Shown one piece after another: positions 48,831-62,184 of a DNA stretch of 64,000 nucleotides. A program made the position numbers and the translations under genes. The first letter of the stretch is position 1. Each line of letters starts with the position of its first letter. Under the pieces are notes generated by a model. That model made no database searches. It worked only from the letters and a program-made list of their open reading frames with translations, and was not told the origin of the DNA. The DNA lies in NCBI RefSeq assembly GCF_030684315.1, contig NC_081384.1, forward strand, positions 6,418,655-6,482,654, read 5' to 3'. The DNA comes from Stegostoma tigrinum (Eukaryota).

Positions 48831-51057
48831 AAATCAAGAACGTAAAAGGGGAAGTTGGATAAAGATGATACAATTAGTTTTAATTGAAAAAAAATCTCTT
48901 CAATTGTTCTATGTGTCAAAAGGGTCAGTTACCAGACGTCATAGATTTAAGGCAATTGATAAAAAAAGAAGCAGAGATGACATGACAGCACAAAATTGAC
49001 ACAGCATTTTTCAAAATTCAGAAATGTACATTGAGAAGGGAGATCAAAACCAGCTTTTGAAAATGAATTGGATAAATACTTGAAGGAAAAATATTTGCAG
49101 GACCATGGGGAAAGAACAGGGAATGTGGGACTAATTGGGAACTCTTTCAAAAGGCTGGCATGTGAATGACGAACCAAATAATCTCCTTCTGTGCTTTGTA
49201 ATTCTAGATTCTAGATCACATTGGCAACATCAACACTGTATTTCCCTGCTCAAACAGACAGGGTTGATCAAACCCATTGCGCACTGTAACAGGGCAGCAG
49301 TTTTTAGGCCTGAAAATCTTTTCACAGGAGTTGGCCACTCTTTTGATAATGAATTGCAGCCCAGAACAAAGCAGATGGCTCAATGCTTTCAGGTCAGAAA
49401 TGATGGCTTCTCAGATCCATCTCTTTGAAAGAGAAGCTTGGCCACAGCTCAAACTGCCCTTCTCCTCTTGGCAAGTTACCATGGTCACCTTTTCCTTAGC
49501 TCTTGACGTGGGCTCTTGATTGAAAATGCAGGGAGTCAGACTTGGATTCGGTCTTAGAAATCTCAGAAAGAAAGGAAGGAGGAATGAGCTCCTAGCCAAT
49601 TGGGAAGGCCTCAGAGAGGGTGTGTAAGAGAAAGGTATCATGTACGATGGACCGTGAAGAGATAGCAATAGTTGGGGTTGTTGTTGGAGCCAGGAAGGTG
49701 AAGAAGATATTTAATTGAAATGCTTAAAATCATTAATCATTTTGGTGGAATATAGAAGGAGACAGGAGTTTCCAATGGCAGAAGGCACATCCAGGGATGA
49801 TAACATTAAGTTAATTTCCAAAGGATCTTGGTGTGAGAGGAGGCATGTTTTTCACAGAGAACGTTCATGGACTGGACTATGATAGGCTGATGGAGGCAAA
49901 TGCTACAATAGCATTCAACAGGGAATGCAGCGTGGGGCATAGAATTTATTGAATAACTTGATCAAACAGCCAGTAATGATGGGCCAAATGGTCACTGCTT
50001 GTGTTGACTCATAGAGTAAGTCAGTGAGAGAGAAAATGCCCTCTTCCCCCATCTCCTTGCATCCTTAGATGCTCAAATTAAGCCCCATTTTTTACTGAAA
50101 TCATTGTTCCCACCCTCACTGTTCAGTTTTGCGTTGGAAGAACCCTTGTGTATTTCCAATACTAAGCCTCTTGATGCTTATCTCTTTACTGCCTGATCTC
50201 TGCATCATTCCAGAGAACCAAAGCAGCTTTGATTCTTCAACTCTCTCAGTCAGATTACTCCACATCTTTCTGATACATTTTGAGTGAGGGGTATTTCAGC
50301 AACACTGAATTTGGTTTAATTCACACAGAATTTTGCAGGATATGCAGAAACAGGACATTATCCGAACTGCTGCACATTGCTGTTTCTGCTCCTTAGGAGC
50401 GTACTCCCAGCAGTTTTTAATCTCATGGTGAATTTACAGATCCCCCTCCAGCTTTCACCATCTTGTGTTTATCCAGTTAATTCCCCCCAGACTCTTCTTG
50501 TAATTGCACTTTCCACATTCGAACTGCTGAATAAGTTTCTGATGAACTCACTATTTTATTTATGACTACCATGGCACTTCATTTCAGCCCCTTGCCCTCC
50601 CTCCCCCCAAGTAATAAGTAAAAAAATTTTCATTGCGTCAACTCTATCAGGTCCCCCTCACTCAGCCTTTGTGCTTCCAGAATGAAGACCCCAGTCCTGT
50701 TTACTATTTCCTGATGATTCTAACCTTTTCATTTCATTGGTTTGACCTGCCACAGGTCAGGCTACAGACCCTTTGTTGGGTTATCCAATGGTTTAAGCAA
50801 AACGGAGAAGCATCAAGTCTGATCTCAACATTAACCTTTGAAAAGCTGAGAGTTTGCTTTGCTTTGATGTAAAATTGATGCAGCACAGAAGTTGACACAT
50901 GATCCTCTGAAGCAGCTCGAAGTAATGCCTGCAGAAATAAGGCAACTTTTCTGGCATCCTCACTCACTTTAGACCAACTGCCTGATGAGACTGGGTGACA
51001 AAATGTAACTAATCAAAACTTACATTTATTTAGTGCCTTTAACTTGATAAAAAGGGA

Positions 51058-51930
51058 GAAGATGATGGTCTATTCATAATATTGCTGCACTGTTAATCCA
51101 GAGACCCAGATAACTTTCTGGGGAGCAGGGTTCAAATCCCACCACAGCAGATGATGGAATTTGAATTCAATAAAAAAAATCTTCAATTAAGGGTCTAAAG
51201 ATGACCATGAATCCATTATTGGAAAAACCCATCTGGTTCACTACAATAAAATGTGAGGCTGGATGAACACAGCAGGCCAAGCAGCATCTCAGGAGCACAA
51301 AAGCTGACGTTTCGGGCCTAGACCCTTCATCAGAGAGGGGGATGGGGTGAGGGTTCTGGAATAAATAGGGAGAGAGGGGGAGGCGGACTGAAGATGGAGA
51401 GAAAAGAAGATAGATGGAGAGAGTATAGGTGGGGAGGTAGGGAGGGGATAGGTCAGTCCAGGGAAGACGGACAGGTCAAGGAGGTGGGATGAGGTTAGTA
51501 GGTAGATGGGGGTGCAGCTTGGGGTGGGAGGAAGGGATGGGTGAGAGGAAGAACAGGTTAGGGAGGCAGAGACAGGTTGGACTGGTTTTGGGATGCAGTG
51601 GGTGGAGGGGAAGAGCTGGGCTGGTTGTGTGGTGCAGTGGGGGGAGGGGACGAACTGGGCTGGTTTAGGGATGCAGTTGGGGAAGGGGAGATTTTGAAAC
51701 TGGTGAAGTCCACATTGATACCATATGGCTGCAGGGTTCTCAAGCGGAATGTGAGTTGCTGTTCCTGCTGGTTCACTAATGTCCTTCAAGAAAGGAAACT
51801 GCCATCCTTACCTGGTCTGGCTCCAAGTGACTCCAGACCCACAGCAATGAGATTGACTCTTAACTGCCCTTGGGGCAATTAGGGATGGGCAATAAATGGT
51901 GGCCTAGCTGGTGATGCCCTCGTCCTGTGA
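51058..51930 (+). mobile_element. tRNA-derived SINE (family of 15668) interrupted by a PLE
   Basis: Head GGTTCAAATCCC up to 51243; body and tail resume after the second TSD copy (51768-51778). Confidence 0.88.
51244..51767 (-). mobile_element. PLE family A 3' fragment with intact hammerhead (51303-51335) and 11-bp TSD
   Basis: TSD CTGGTTCACTA at 51233-51243 and 51768-51778; near-identical to ~1185-1710. Confidence 0.93.
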
Positions 51931-51979
51931 ACAAAAAATAGTTTTAAAAGTCCCAAGGCCATCCACAGAAATATTACTA

Positions 51980-52345
51980 AATGATACTTGCCATCCTGCC
52001 TTAATAATAAGATATTACAACAGTTGGCATCAATGACTGAGATAGCTAAAAGTAACTTTGAAAAGAGGAAGAATCTGTGAAGAGCAAGAAAACTGAAGCT
52101 TGTAACTAGGAAAATGTTGGTAAGAAGCTGCAGGCTGTCCACTTTCTCACACACATGAGAAACTTGGACAATACAAGATCTGAGAGTGGGAATAGAGGCC
52201 TTTGAACTACGCATTGCTAAAATTCCATGTCGAGGTGCTTGAAATTATAAGAGCAAAATAAAATCTAAAAAGTATCATCTAGTAAAGAAATTGTCACTGT
52301 TTCAATCATTACATCAAAGCTGAATGGTTACATAGATCTCTTTGA
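51980..52345 (+). mobile_element. RTE/BovB-like LINE fragment
   Basis: IAKSNFEKRKNL...TRKMLVRSC...ETWTI...IEAFE...KIP. Confidence 0.7.
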
Positions 52346-52391
52346 GAGGATAACTTAGAACACAGCAGAAACAGAGGTTGATTAAGGCATC

Positions 52392-52520
52392 AGAGATAAT
52401 GGGAAGTGCAGATGCTGGAGAATCTGAGACAACAAGGTATGGAGCTGTATGAACACAGCAGGCCAAGCAGCATCAGAGGAGCAGGAAAGTTGATGTTTCG
52501 GGCCTAGACCCTGATGAAGA
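52392..52520 (-). mobile_element. PLE family A terminal repeat
   Basis: GAGATAATGGGAAGTGCAGATGCTGGAG...GTTTCGGGCCTAGACCC. Confidence 0.85.
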
Positions 52521-52699
52521 TTTTGCCTTCTGTTCCAAGACTCTCTCTCAAGGGGAAAGATTCTCAGTTTTAACCCTGTTAAACTCCCTAAGAATCTATC
52601 GAGACTCATTGTACAATGCACAATTCTAGTTCATATTGTGGCATCAAGAAACTTCAGCTCTTCCAATATCCCATTTTCTGTTCCTATAGTAATCTGTAA

Positions 52700-52885
52700 G
52701 TGGCTGTGGCTGTACCTCAGAACAGGAAACTATAGGCTCCAATCCCACTTCAGAGAGTTGAACAACACCTAATGTCAAATTGAGAGCATGCTACATTACT
52801 TGGAAGAACTGCCTTTGGGATGATAACTCAAACCACAGCCCCATCTGCTGCCTTGAATGGATATAAAAGATTCTGTGGCATTGCC
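52700..52885 (+). mobile_element. DeuSINE-like 5' part
   Basis: CAATCCCACTTCAGAGA head; CCCCATCTGC...GGATATAAAAGAT Deu-like segment. Confidence 0.55.
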
Positions 52886-53389
52886 TCCATGCTAGATTTA
52901 GTTTTCACTCTCTTCATTCTGTATGACATTATAGGCTTTTACCTTGTGCACTCAATTATAAAAAAAACCCATATACAGACTCAATTCAAACAACCCCATC
53001 ATACCATCTACTCTAATCCATTTTATTTGTTCTATATGCTCCGTGATCTCTCCACTTTCCCCAGAAAAACACTAAAATATCCATCCACATTTGTACTTTT
53101 ACTGCTCGGCCATGGTTTGCTGAGTTCTAGGCAACTGTTCCCCTTTCTCTAGAGCAACATAGAATCCATTATCTCATATTGGAACATCTCCATCTGTAAT
53201 CTTGGTAACAAATCCATTTCTCATCAAATATTTATGCAGCTCCTTTTGAAATGTGTTCTTGCTTTGTCGGACTTCTGGTGTTGGGCAAGGCAATGCTTTT
53301 CCAATTCACTGTCTGGTTTCATGGCTGCTCACTGTCAACCTGGACCCTTCTGCTCAGAGTTCAAGATCTAAATTAAATGAGGGTAAGAT

Positions 53390-53600
53390 CACTATTAATC
53401 CTACTGCACCACAGTGCCACTGTCTCTCAAGAAAGAGACTGCTTGTGGTGGTTTAACCTGAGGGTCCCCATTTCTCAAGTGAAGGGAGAGGTCGAGAAGG
53501 AGAGTCCTTCATAGTAATCACATCAGTACAGGAATGGAACCTATACTGCTAGTATTACTCGATATTTCAAATCACCCACTCAGCCAACTGAGCTGAACAC
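53390..53600 (-). mobile_element. tRNA-derived SINE (separate family)
   Basis: Minus strand starts GTTCAGCTCAGTTGGCTG (A box) and has GGTTCCATTCC (B-box-like). Confidence 0.6.
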
Positions 53601-54191
53601 CTAAACAAAGAGTTATTCTGTGTCCACATTACTTTCAGTTTAGTTGTGACGTCAAAGGTCTATTTGGTTGATACCGAATTATATCTTCTCTCAATTTTTT
53701 CTCCAGAATGACAGAGCTCTCTAGCTGAATATCAACAGGAATAGACATTCTCAAATTATTGTAAAGGATTTGAATGTCTTAGGGGTATGTTTAGGAAGCA
53801 CTGCTTTCAGTCTCATGACACTAAATAATTATATATCACACAGTAAAGCGTACGGCTAAAAGGGAATAATCCAATATTGGCAGTGGATTGTTTTAGTTGT
53901 GTTCCAGGGAAAAGTTTGAATTCCGAAGGGTTTAAGGTTATTTCAATCCCCTGATCAACTAGGGATCATAGCGCCTATGAACCAGCTGTACTATTTTTAT
54001 TTCTTTAGCAAATGCAATGTCCTCCTTATTTGCTGACTGTAAGGTGATTAATCCACCACTTAGCCTGTAAACTCCTCAGGAAGGTGTAGCATTGTTTCTC
54101 TCCTCCCTCCCACAAGCACAGAAGGGGTTTATACTGAGGCCATGGTGATGGAGGGTGCTGTGCAGGGGCCCTGGCTTGTCCTGAACCTACT

Positions 54192-55020
54192 GTCATAGAG
54201 TCACACAGCATGGAAATGGACCCTTCAGTCCAACTCATCCGTACAGATCAGACATCCCAACCTGATCTAGTCCCATTAACCAGTATTTGACCCATATACC
54301 ACTAAACCCTTCCTATTCATATACCCATCCATATGCCTGTTAAATGTTGTAATTTTACCTGACTCTACTACTTCCCCTGGCAGTTCGTTCCATACTTGCA
54401 CAGCTCTCTGCATGAAAAGGTGCCCTTCAGGCCCTTTTAAATCTTGCCCCTGTCACCTTAAACCTATGCCCTCTACTTTAGGTCTCCCCAACCCTGGGAA
54501 AAAGACCTTGGCAATTTGCCCTATCCACGCCCCTCATGATTTTGTAAAGACCTCTATAAGGTCACCCCTCAGCTCCAATGCTCCAGAGAAAATAGCCCCG
54601 GCCTATTCAGCCTCTCCTTATAGATCAAACCCTCCAACCCTGGCAACATCCTTGTAAATCTTTTATGTACCCTCTCAAGTTCAAAGGCACCCCTCCTATA
54701 AAAGGGCAACGAGAACTGTACACAGTACTCTAAAACTGGCCTCATCAACGTCCTGTACAACTGCAAAATGATGTCCCAACTCTATATGCAATGTTCTGGC
54801 CAATGAAGGCTAAAGTGCCAAACATCATTTTTCACCGCCCTATCTACCTGCAACTCCTCTTTCAAGGAACTGTGCACCTGTACCCCTAGGTCTCTGTTCA
54901 GCAACACTCCCCAGGGCCCTACCATTTACTGTGTAAAAGTCCTTCCCTGGTTTGCCTTTCCAAAATGCAACATCACACATCCAAATTAGACCCCATCAGC
55001 TGCTCCTTGGACCATTGACC
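54192..55020 (-). mobile_element. CR1 LINE 3' portion
   Basis: LYRTLMRPVLEYCVQF...LERVHKRFTRMLPGLEG. Confidence 0.92.
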
Positions 55021-56042
55021 CACAAACAAGTGACATTGCTGAATGGGCTGAACTACAAGCTAGGCATTGCAGAGAGGGACTATGTTGGGAGTATTCCTAA
55101 TCTTCTGCCAAATATGCAGTTCTGCCACATAAATCCAGTATTGGGGCTAATATCATTTGATGAAGCACAACACAGATATTTAATTGTACGACTGCATGTG
55201 TTTATCTGACCTTGGGTATAGTTAATATTGTGAGGACTAGAATACACGAGTGTGTATCTTATCTGTTACAATCCAGAGCACTATTTAAAACTCTAATTTT
55301 AATTACTCCAGCATCATTGAAATATTGGAAAAAGGATCAGGAGTAGGCCATTCGGCCCTTTGAGCAAACCATACCATTCAACTAGATCATGGCTGACCTT
55401 CTACCCCAAAGCCATCTTGTTGCACTGTCCCTATGTCCCTCAATGTTTAAATTTCTAGAAACCTTGAGTATGGCCTAAAAAGGACATGCAGTATGAATGT
55501 CGGTTGCTCCCTTTGTTATGAGCCCAGCTGATGTTGTTTCTGGACAGATCCCAGACAGAAATCTGGCTTGATAACTTTTTTTTTCGTTTTAACTAGGTGG
55601 CCTTCCACTGAAACACCAACACACAATGCTGCAAATCTGGTTTTAACAATAAAACTAAAGTCTATTAAGCAATTGAAACGAAGATAAAATGAAGATAAAT
55701 GAAGATAAAATAAAATAGACCAAAATTATGTAAGTGTAAATTGCCTTTAAAGATCAAAGCAGTCTGATATATAATTTATGTACTTTTAATATGGTTTATT
55801 ATAAGTTACTGTTTTTGGGCTTTAAGTAAGCGATTTGTCAGTTTTCCATGTGCATAGTTAATAATTAACTCATAAATATTTCTTAGACATGGTGATTTCT
55901 CTCAAAACAGTTTTAAAGGCCGAGCTTTAGAAAAAATGGGTTGTGGATACAACTGCTTTGGTTTAACAACTCAACAAGGCAAACAAACATGAGCTAAGAA
56001 TGTCAGGAGGAGTTTTTGTTTAAAAGGTTAAAGAAAACACCA

Positions 56043-56261
56043 GTAGTGATTGGAACCAGGTGGACCTTGTTGACCACGAGGTCCTTGATTGGCATTGTTA
56101 ACCTGGGCCAATCAGGAAGCCCTGGCTGACCAATAGAAACAGAGGATTTAGAATCTCCTCAGTTCAGGGGACTGACTCCAAGCTGGCCACAGCTGCGTAC
56201 TGTGCACAGTAAATAAAGGGTGATTAGGTGTAGGGATACGGGCCTGTATGCAGTTATTTCA
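56043..56261 (+). mobile_element. Solo LTR (same Gypsy family)
   Basis: CCAATCAGGAAGCCCTGGCTGAC...AATAAAGGGTGA...GTTATTTCA. Confidence 0.78.
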
Positions 56262-56727
56262 ATATCCAACTCTTAGAGAAACTGTTTTACTTGATGTTGA
56301 CTTTGATCTTGGGCGGTCTTTTGAAATTCTTTGATGACAATGCATGTGTAGACCAGTGCTCTGAGAGGGAAGGATACTGTGGAACCACATTATTGTACAG
56401 TAAAGAATTAGTAACAGTCTCAGACCAGATTGTTGGGATAAACACCTGAAGAGGTCACTCAAAGCTGACAATGTTTAAACTCAGGTATAATAATAGCTCC
56501 AGGAAGAAGCAATCTGTATTTCCAGTCCATATGAAGTCACAAAAAGCTCAAACACATCGAGGTGTTACAGACAAGGACTGTGATGTGAATACTCTGAGTG
56601 CTGCTTTAATCAGCAGTGTTTCTTTTTGGTACTATATTGGAACTGTTGTTTTGCTTTTCAATTTCATAAATTATTTTTGCCTTTATCTTCCTAAGGAACA
56701 CTTCAGGACACCGCCAATTGACTTCAA

Positions 56728-56950
56728 ATAGAGTCACACAGCATGGAAACAGACCCTGCGGTCCTACTGTTCATGCTGACCGTAATCCAAAATTGAAATT
56801 AGTCCCACCTGCCTGTGCTTGGCCCATATTCCCTCCAAACCTTCCCTATTCATGCACTTATCCAACGATCTTTAAACATGGTAGCTGTACCCACATGCAC
56901 CACTCCCTCTAGAAGCTCATTCTACTCACAAACCATTCTCTGTGTAAAAT
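56728..56950 (-). mobile_element. CR1 3' UTR fragment
   Basis: ATAGAGTCACACAGCATGGAAACAGACCC, as at 54195. Confidence 0.8.
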
Positions 56951-57485
56951 GGTTCTCTGCCAGACCCTACTCCGAAAGGTTGGCACTTGGCCCTTGTGAC
57001 ACTATCAAAGGGACTCAGGCTGTGTGCTGCCCCCTGCTGGGGTTACAGTGCTCCCAATAATTCATAAGGGCTCCCCAGTGCATGTGGCCAGTCTAGCCTT
57101 TGTATCTTGCAGGCTTAAAGTCAAGATGACCACAGATTGACTGCGACAGTGGATCACCAGAATGGGAATAGTTTATTATGCAGACCTGCCTTCATCTTGG
57201 TGGGTACAAAAATTAAAAACAAAACACCCAAGCCTGAGCTTTAGCTGCTAGAAAAACAGGATTTACGAGTGGGAGTGGACCATTCAACGCCTTGAGCCTG
57301 CTCCACCATTCAGTATGATCACAGCTGATGTGGTTGTGAGAAATCTGTAAGTCATTGTAGTCCAACCTCAACTAACCTTCCCACCCTAAATAGACACCAC
57401 TCCCGTGACCATTGCAACACAACCAACAGACAACCGTCGCTGGTACTACTGACATACAACTGAACGAACAAACCTGTTGGATATG

Positions 57486-57795
57486 GGGTGGCACGGTGGC
57501 TCAGTGGTTAGCACTGCAGCCTCACAGCACCAGGGACCTGGGTTCGATTCCACCCTTAGGCAACTGTCTGTGTAGAGTTTGCACATTCTCCCTCTGTCTG
57601 TGAGGGTTTGCCTTGGTTTCCTCTCACAGTCCAAAGATGTATAGTCTAGGTGGATTAGCCATGCAAAATTGCCCGTAGTGGTCAGGGATGCGTAGCTTAG
57701 GTGGATTATAAGGGGATGGGTCTGGGTGGGATGCTCCAAGGGTCAGTGTGGACTTGTTGGGCCGAAGGGCCTGTTTCCACACTGGAGGGATTCTC
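57486..57795 (+). mobile_element. V-SINE (HE1-like), full length
   Basis: GGGGTGGCACGGTGGCTCAGTGG, GGTTCGATTCC, V domain and tail. Confidence 0.93.
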
Positions 57796-58082
57796 TCAAA
57801 CTCAGCAATCTAAATACTAAAATTATCACATTGCAATACAAGATTTTTTTTTGCAGAGTTACATTAAAGCAATGACCCAACAGATGAATGAGCTTCAGAG
57901 AATAGGCGTTGTATGTTTATTTTATTGTGTGGCATTGTAATTCACCAGGATTTGCTCTCAGATTCACAATGCTGTGCACTTATTTTCAACTACTAAAGAA
58001 CCTTATCCGCTCCATGTTAATGCTAAATGTTTCTGCTTAACGCAAAGAACTCCAGCTTCCCCTGAAGCCCACAATTCACAAA

Positions 58083-58272
58083 CGCAGAGAAAGCTCAGCA
58101 GGTCTAGCAGGGTCAGTGGAGAGAAATCAGAGTTAGTATTTTGGATTGAGTAACCCTTCCTCAGAATGTTAACTCTGATTTCTCTCCACTGACACAGCCA
58201 GGCCTGCTGAGTTTTTTTCAGCAATTACTACTTTTGTGTCGGATTCAAAGAATCTGCTGTTCTTTCAGTTTT
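58083..58272. mobile_element. Palindromic old-family PLE derivative (a further single arm lies at ~58465-58560)
   Basis: GTCAGTGGAGAGAAATCAGAGTTA / TAACTCTGATTTCTCTCCACTGAC inverted arms. Confidence 0.75.
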
Positions 58273-58669
58273 CACAAATACAGGGTTACCTGGGCAAGGT
58301 ACATTTGCGGCACATGTGGAATATGACCTGAAGTTTGCTCCCGTTCGATGTGTGTCAAATTCGACCAGCAATAATTCTGGAAGTTATATCACGTGACTTT
58401 CCTTGTTTCAACTTCCCAGCCCAGAGTCTCACAACGGTCCTCCCCACAACCAACAATCCAATATAAAAACAGAAATTGCTGGAAAAGCTCAGCAAATGTG
58501 ACAACGTCAGTGAAGAGGAATCAGTGTTAACATTTCGGCTCTTGGTGACCCTTCGTCACCACCAACAATTCAATATTTGCATTGTAACAAAATTCAGGAT
58601 TAATCAATGAAAATTTCCTTGGAAAGCTGCATGTTTTATGCCCAAATGTTTTTTCTCTAATTAGTTGCT

Positions 58670-58990
58670 CGTGGCAACTTCCATTTCTGTAGCACCTTTC
58701 AAGAAGTGTAATGTCTCAAGATGCTTTGCAGGTATGTAATCATGTGAAATTGACATGGCAAGCAAGGAGATAGTGGGTCAGATCACCAAATGTCCGGTCA
58801 AAGAGGTAGGTTTTCAGCAGAGAGGAGGTGAAAAATTGATGAGGTTCGGGAAGTGAATCTAGAATTTGGGGCCCAAGCAGCTCAAAACGAGAACGTATGC
58901 AAAGCGATTAAAATCGCAATTGTGAGAGGCCAGGATGGGAAATCTAACATGACCCCAGAGGGTTATAGACCTGAAAGAAGTTACATGGAA
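58670..58990 (-). mobile_element. L2-like LINE 3' end
   Basis: CATTTCTGTAGCACCTTTC...GGTCAAAGAGGTAGGTTTT...GGGCCCAAGCAGCT. Confidence 0.6.
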
Positions 58991-59533
58991 GAATTAATCT
59001 TTAATTCCTGAGGAACCCACAACAATTTTGGAGAATCAAGGGGTGAAAGATTATTGGGGGGAGGCAGGAATGTGGAATAATCAGATCAGCTGTGATCTTA
59101 TTGAACGCTACAGCAGATCCGAGGGGCTGAGTGGCCTGCTCCTGCTCCTAATTCACGTGTTGTGTGTAATCCCTGGAGGATTGACAAACAAACTGTGGAA
59201 TTTCCTTTGGGTGAAAACAAACAGAGCAAAGACCAGGTTACACCCTCCTTGGACACCCACTGACGGACCTAGTGTTTACAACTAAGGGAAGAACGCCCCC
59301 AGCTGGAGGGATGTGGGAGAGGCATTCCATTAAAATGATTACCATTCAAATCAATCCAAGTGAGCAACAAAACAAGGAGAATGAAACACTCCACTACAAC
59401 ATCTAGCTTCAGGCCCTCCTTCAGCCAGGCTGGCTACAGCCTGAGAGCTGGGCTGATGTGACTTGTAGCAAGAACGAGTAATCAGCCACCAAGCGTAAAA
59501 GTCATTAAGTGCCACATGCTTCTCTGTGATGTG

Positions 59534-59608
59534 GCCTGCTGTGTTCATCCAGCCTCACATTTTATTATCTTGGAATCTCCAGCATCTGCAGTTCCCATTA
59601 TCTCTCTC
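59534..59608 (+). mobile_element. 75-bp PLE family A tail insertion with 15-bp TSD
   Basis: TSD CTTCTCTGTGATGTG at 59519-59533 and 59609-59623. Confidence 0.9.
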
Positions 59609-60591
59609 CTTCTCTGTGATGTGCTGCTTTTCCAAAGGAAGTGCGTGCACTGAATAACAGGCTGCTGGTCTACTGCAAGATACCAGCTAATCCTGCAACA
59701 CAACCAAATTGGTTCACAAAGCCTCATTATTCAGATACCACGCAAATTTTTATCATTATCCCTTCCCCATGTGTTAAACTACATTTTATTACATATGGTC
59801 CCACCTTCTACATGCTTTCGGGCAGCAAGCACCTGGGGTAAGGGTCAGGTGGCTGGAGGGAGGAGGCGATGTGGAAAGTAGCTTGTACAACAGGCACAGG
59901 AACAGGCTGTAAAGTTGCATGCTAGAGCTGAGCGGTGATCACTGAAGCTCAGAGCAGCATCATGTTTCAGAGTACAGACAATGGCCATTGTATTACATCG
60001 GCAAACAAGAGGAACTGGGCAATAACCTTTTGCCCTGGTGTCACCACCCCCTGCAATGCCATCCTTGCAGCCAGTGCTAGACTGTGTATGGACGACAGTC
60101 TGACTTTGCTCATCCTGCTGCACCAACTTGCATGGACACTTAATTTGACCCAAGGCACTTCACGGGGTCAAACGCCAAACAGAGTTTGAAGCCAAGCCAC
60201 TAAAGCTGGCTGGTTGGGGCAGGTTTCCGAGAGGTAGACGAGCAGAGGAGAGGGAATTCCAGAGTCTGGGACCCCAAGCAGCTGAAGACACAGCCAGAAC
60301 TGTTGGGAGAATGAAAATTGCAGCAATGTGGCAATTTCAGAGAGTTTGTAACATTGGAAATAGGAGCAGGAGTAGGCCATTCAGCCCTTTGAGTCCATTC
60401 CTGTATTCAATATGATCACGGCTGATCAGCCAACTCAGTCCAGTGTTCCCATAATCTTTGATCCCTTCAGCACAAAGTGCGACTCCTTCTTGAAACAATA
60501 CAATGTTTTGGCCTTGACTGTTTTCCACAGAAGCATAATTACATAGTAGGCAGGAGGTAGAGGGGATTTCATGAGAATTTTTAAACATTCA

Positions 60592-60947
60592 CAACACGGT
60601 GGCTCTGTGGTTAGCACTGCTGCCTCACAGCGCCAGGGACCCAGGCTCAATTCTACCCTTGGGTGACTGTCTGTGTGGAATTTGCACATTCTCCCCATGT
60701 CTGCGTGGGTTTCCACCAGGTGGTCCAGTTTCCTCCACAATCCAAAGATGCACAGGTAGGATGGATTGGCCATGCTAAATTGCCCATAGTGTCCAGGGAT
60801 ACACAGGCTAGGTGGATTAGACTTAGGAGAGGCAGGGTTACTTGGATAGGGTATTGGGGGCGTGGGGGGGGGAAGCAGGGTGTATAGGTCTGGGCGGGAT
60901 GCTCTTTGGAGTGTCTGAATGGCCTGCCCTCACACTGCAGGGATTCT
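60592..60947 (+). mobile_element. V-SINE (HE1-like)
   Basis: Head, V domain and tail. Confidence 0.92.
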
Positions 60948-62184
60948 CCAATTCAAAATTCCTCTAGATGCTTGCCTAATATCCAAGACCTCAAGTTTAC
61001 AAAAGGGGTAAAATGGGAGGGCTAGGTAGTATCTGTCCCATTTTCCCAGGCTCAGGATTAGAAACTTAGGATGTGATAGAAAGCAACTGAGTCCTCTCAC
61101 AGCTGGATTCCAGCTGGCCAAATGGAAATCTGTAAAATACTTCTAAAAAGTGGCCTATTTTTACACTGCACGGTGTGGATTAATTATTAACATGGTGATT
61201 CAAACAGGTCATGATTGCAATACCATCTGCTTCCAACTCACAAAAAGCTATGTCCTGCCGCTCTGTTAAATCATTTGCACTTTTCGAAATAAAGAAAAGT
61301 CACCTCTCTCTGGAAGGAGTTGAAAAGCTGTTGATTTTACATTAGATTTCATTAATTGCCTATTAATTGTATAATTATATGCAGGAGGTATGCAATTACT
61401 GCGATAGGCAGTGTCACTTGAAGGCTCTGCAAATAGGCATAGGCTGAAGTTGTGGTTTATGGATCAGGAGGTGTAGGCTTGTCATGTATAACTCTGTAAA
61501 TAAAATACAGAAAATGTAAAGATTCGCTCCTGTTCTATCCTTCACCAACATGCTTTCTGGAAACTCCCCAAGCCTGAGCACAGATGTGCACTATGCCAAC
61601 ACACTCAGGATGTCACAAGCTCCTCAGTAAAAACAAAGCCCAGCAGATGCTGGAGATCTGAAATCAAAACAGACTTCTGATGAAGCATCATATTGGAATT
61701 AAAATGTTAACTCTTGTATCTCTCTCTAGCCCTTTCCATTTTATTTCACCAGCTCATCAGTACTGGTCTCCAGGAATTGATGTAGATACTCCAAAGTTAA
61801 ACCTCCTGAATGTTGGTGTGAGAAGAGCAAGAAGACAAGTCACAGAATCCTTAACGAAAGAGTGTTATTTATTTTCATTTTCTGAATTTTTTTCATTGGT
61901 TGAAAGGGCATTGGTGACTGGGGAAAGCTGTTTACTGTGGCAGACAACAGAGGTCACGTAATGAAACGTTCAGAGATTATTCTAATGGGAATTGGCAACC
62001 CTACCTGTGCTCTGTGAAATAAGTAGCTCCTTTAACAAGACATTGTTTTGTTTAATTTTCTCCAAGAAAGGCAATGGAAGAAATTGTTTTGCAAAGAATT
62101 GGCAATACAGCAGCAATTCAGCAAAGATTCAACGGCAGAACGCATGACCGCTACAACAACAAGTTATATTTGTGTGGCACCTTT

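Noticed and set aside
48520-48873. 117-aa ORF first read as a hAT transposase C-terminus
   Set aside because: Collinear with neighbouring RTE motifs on the same strand, so better explained as frameshifted RTE ORF
51289-51789. 166-aa Pro/Ser-rich ORF
   Set aside because: Chimera of SINE sequence and the C-rich PLE tail; not a host gene
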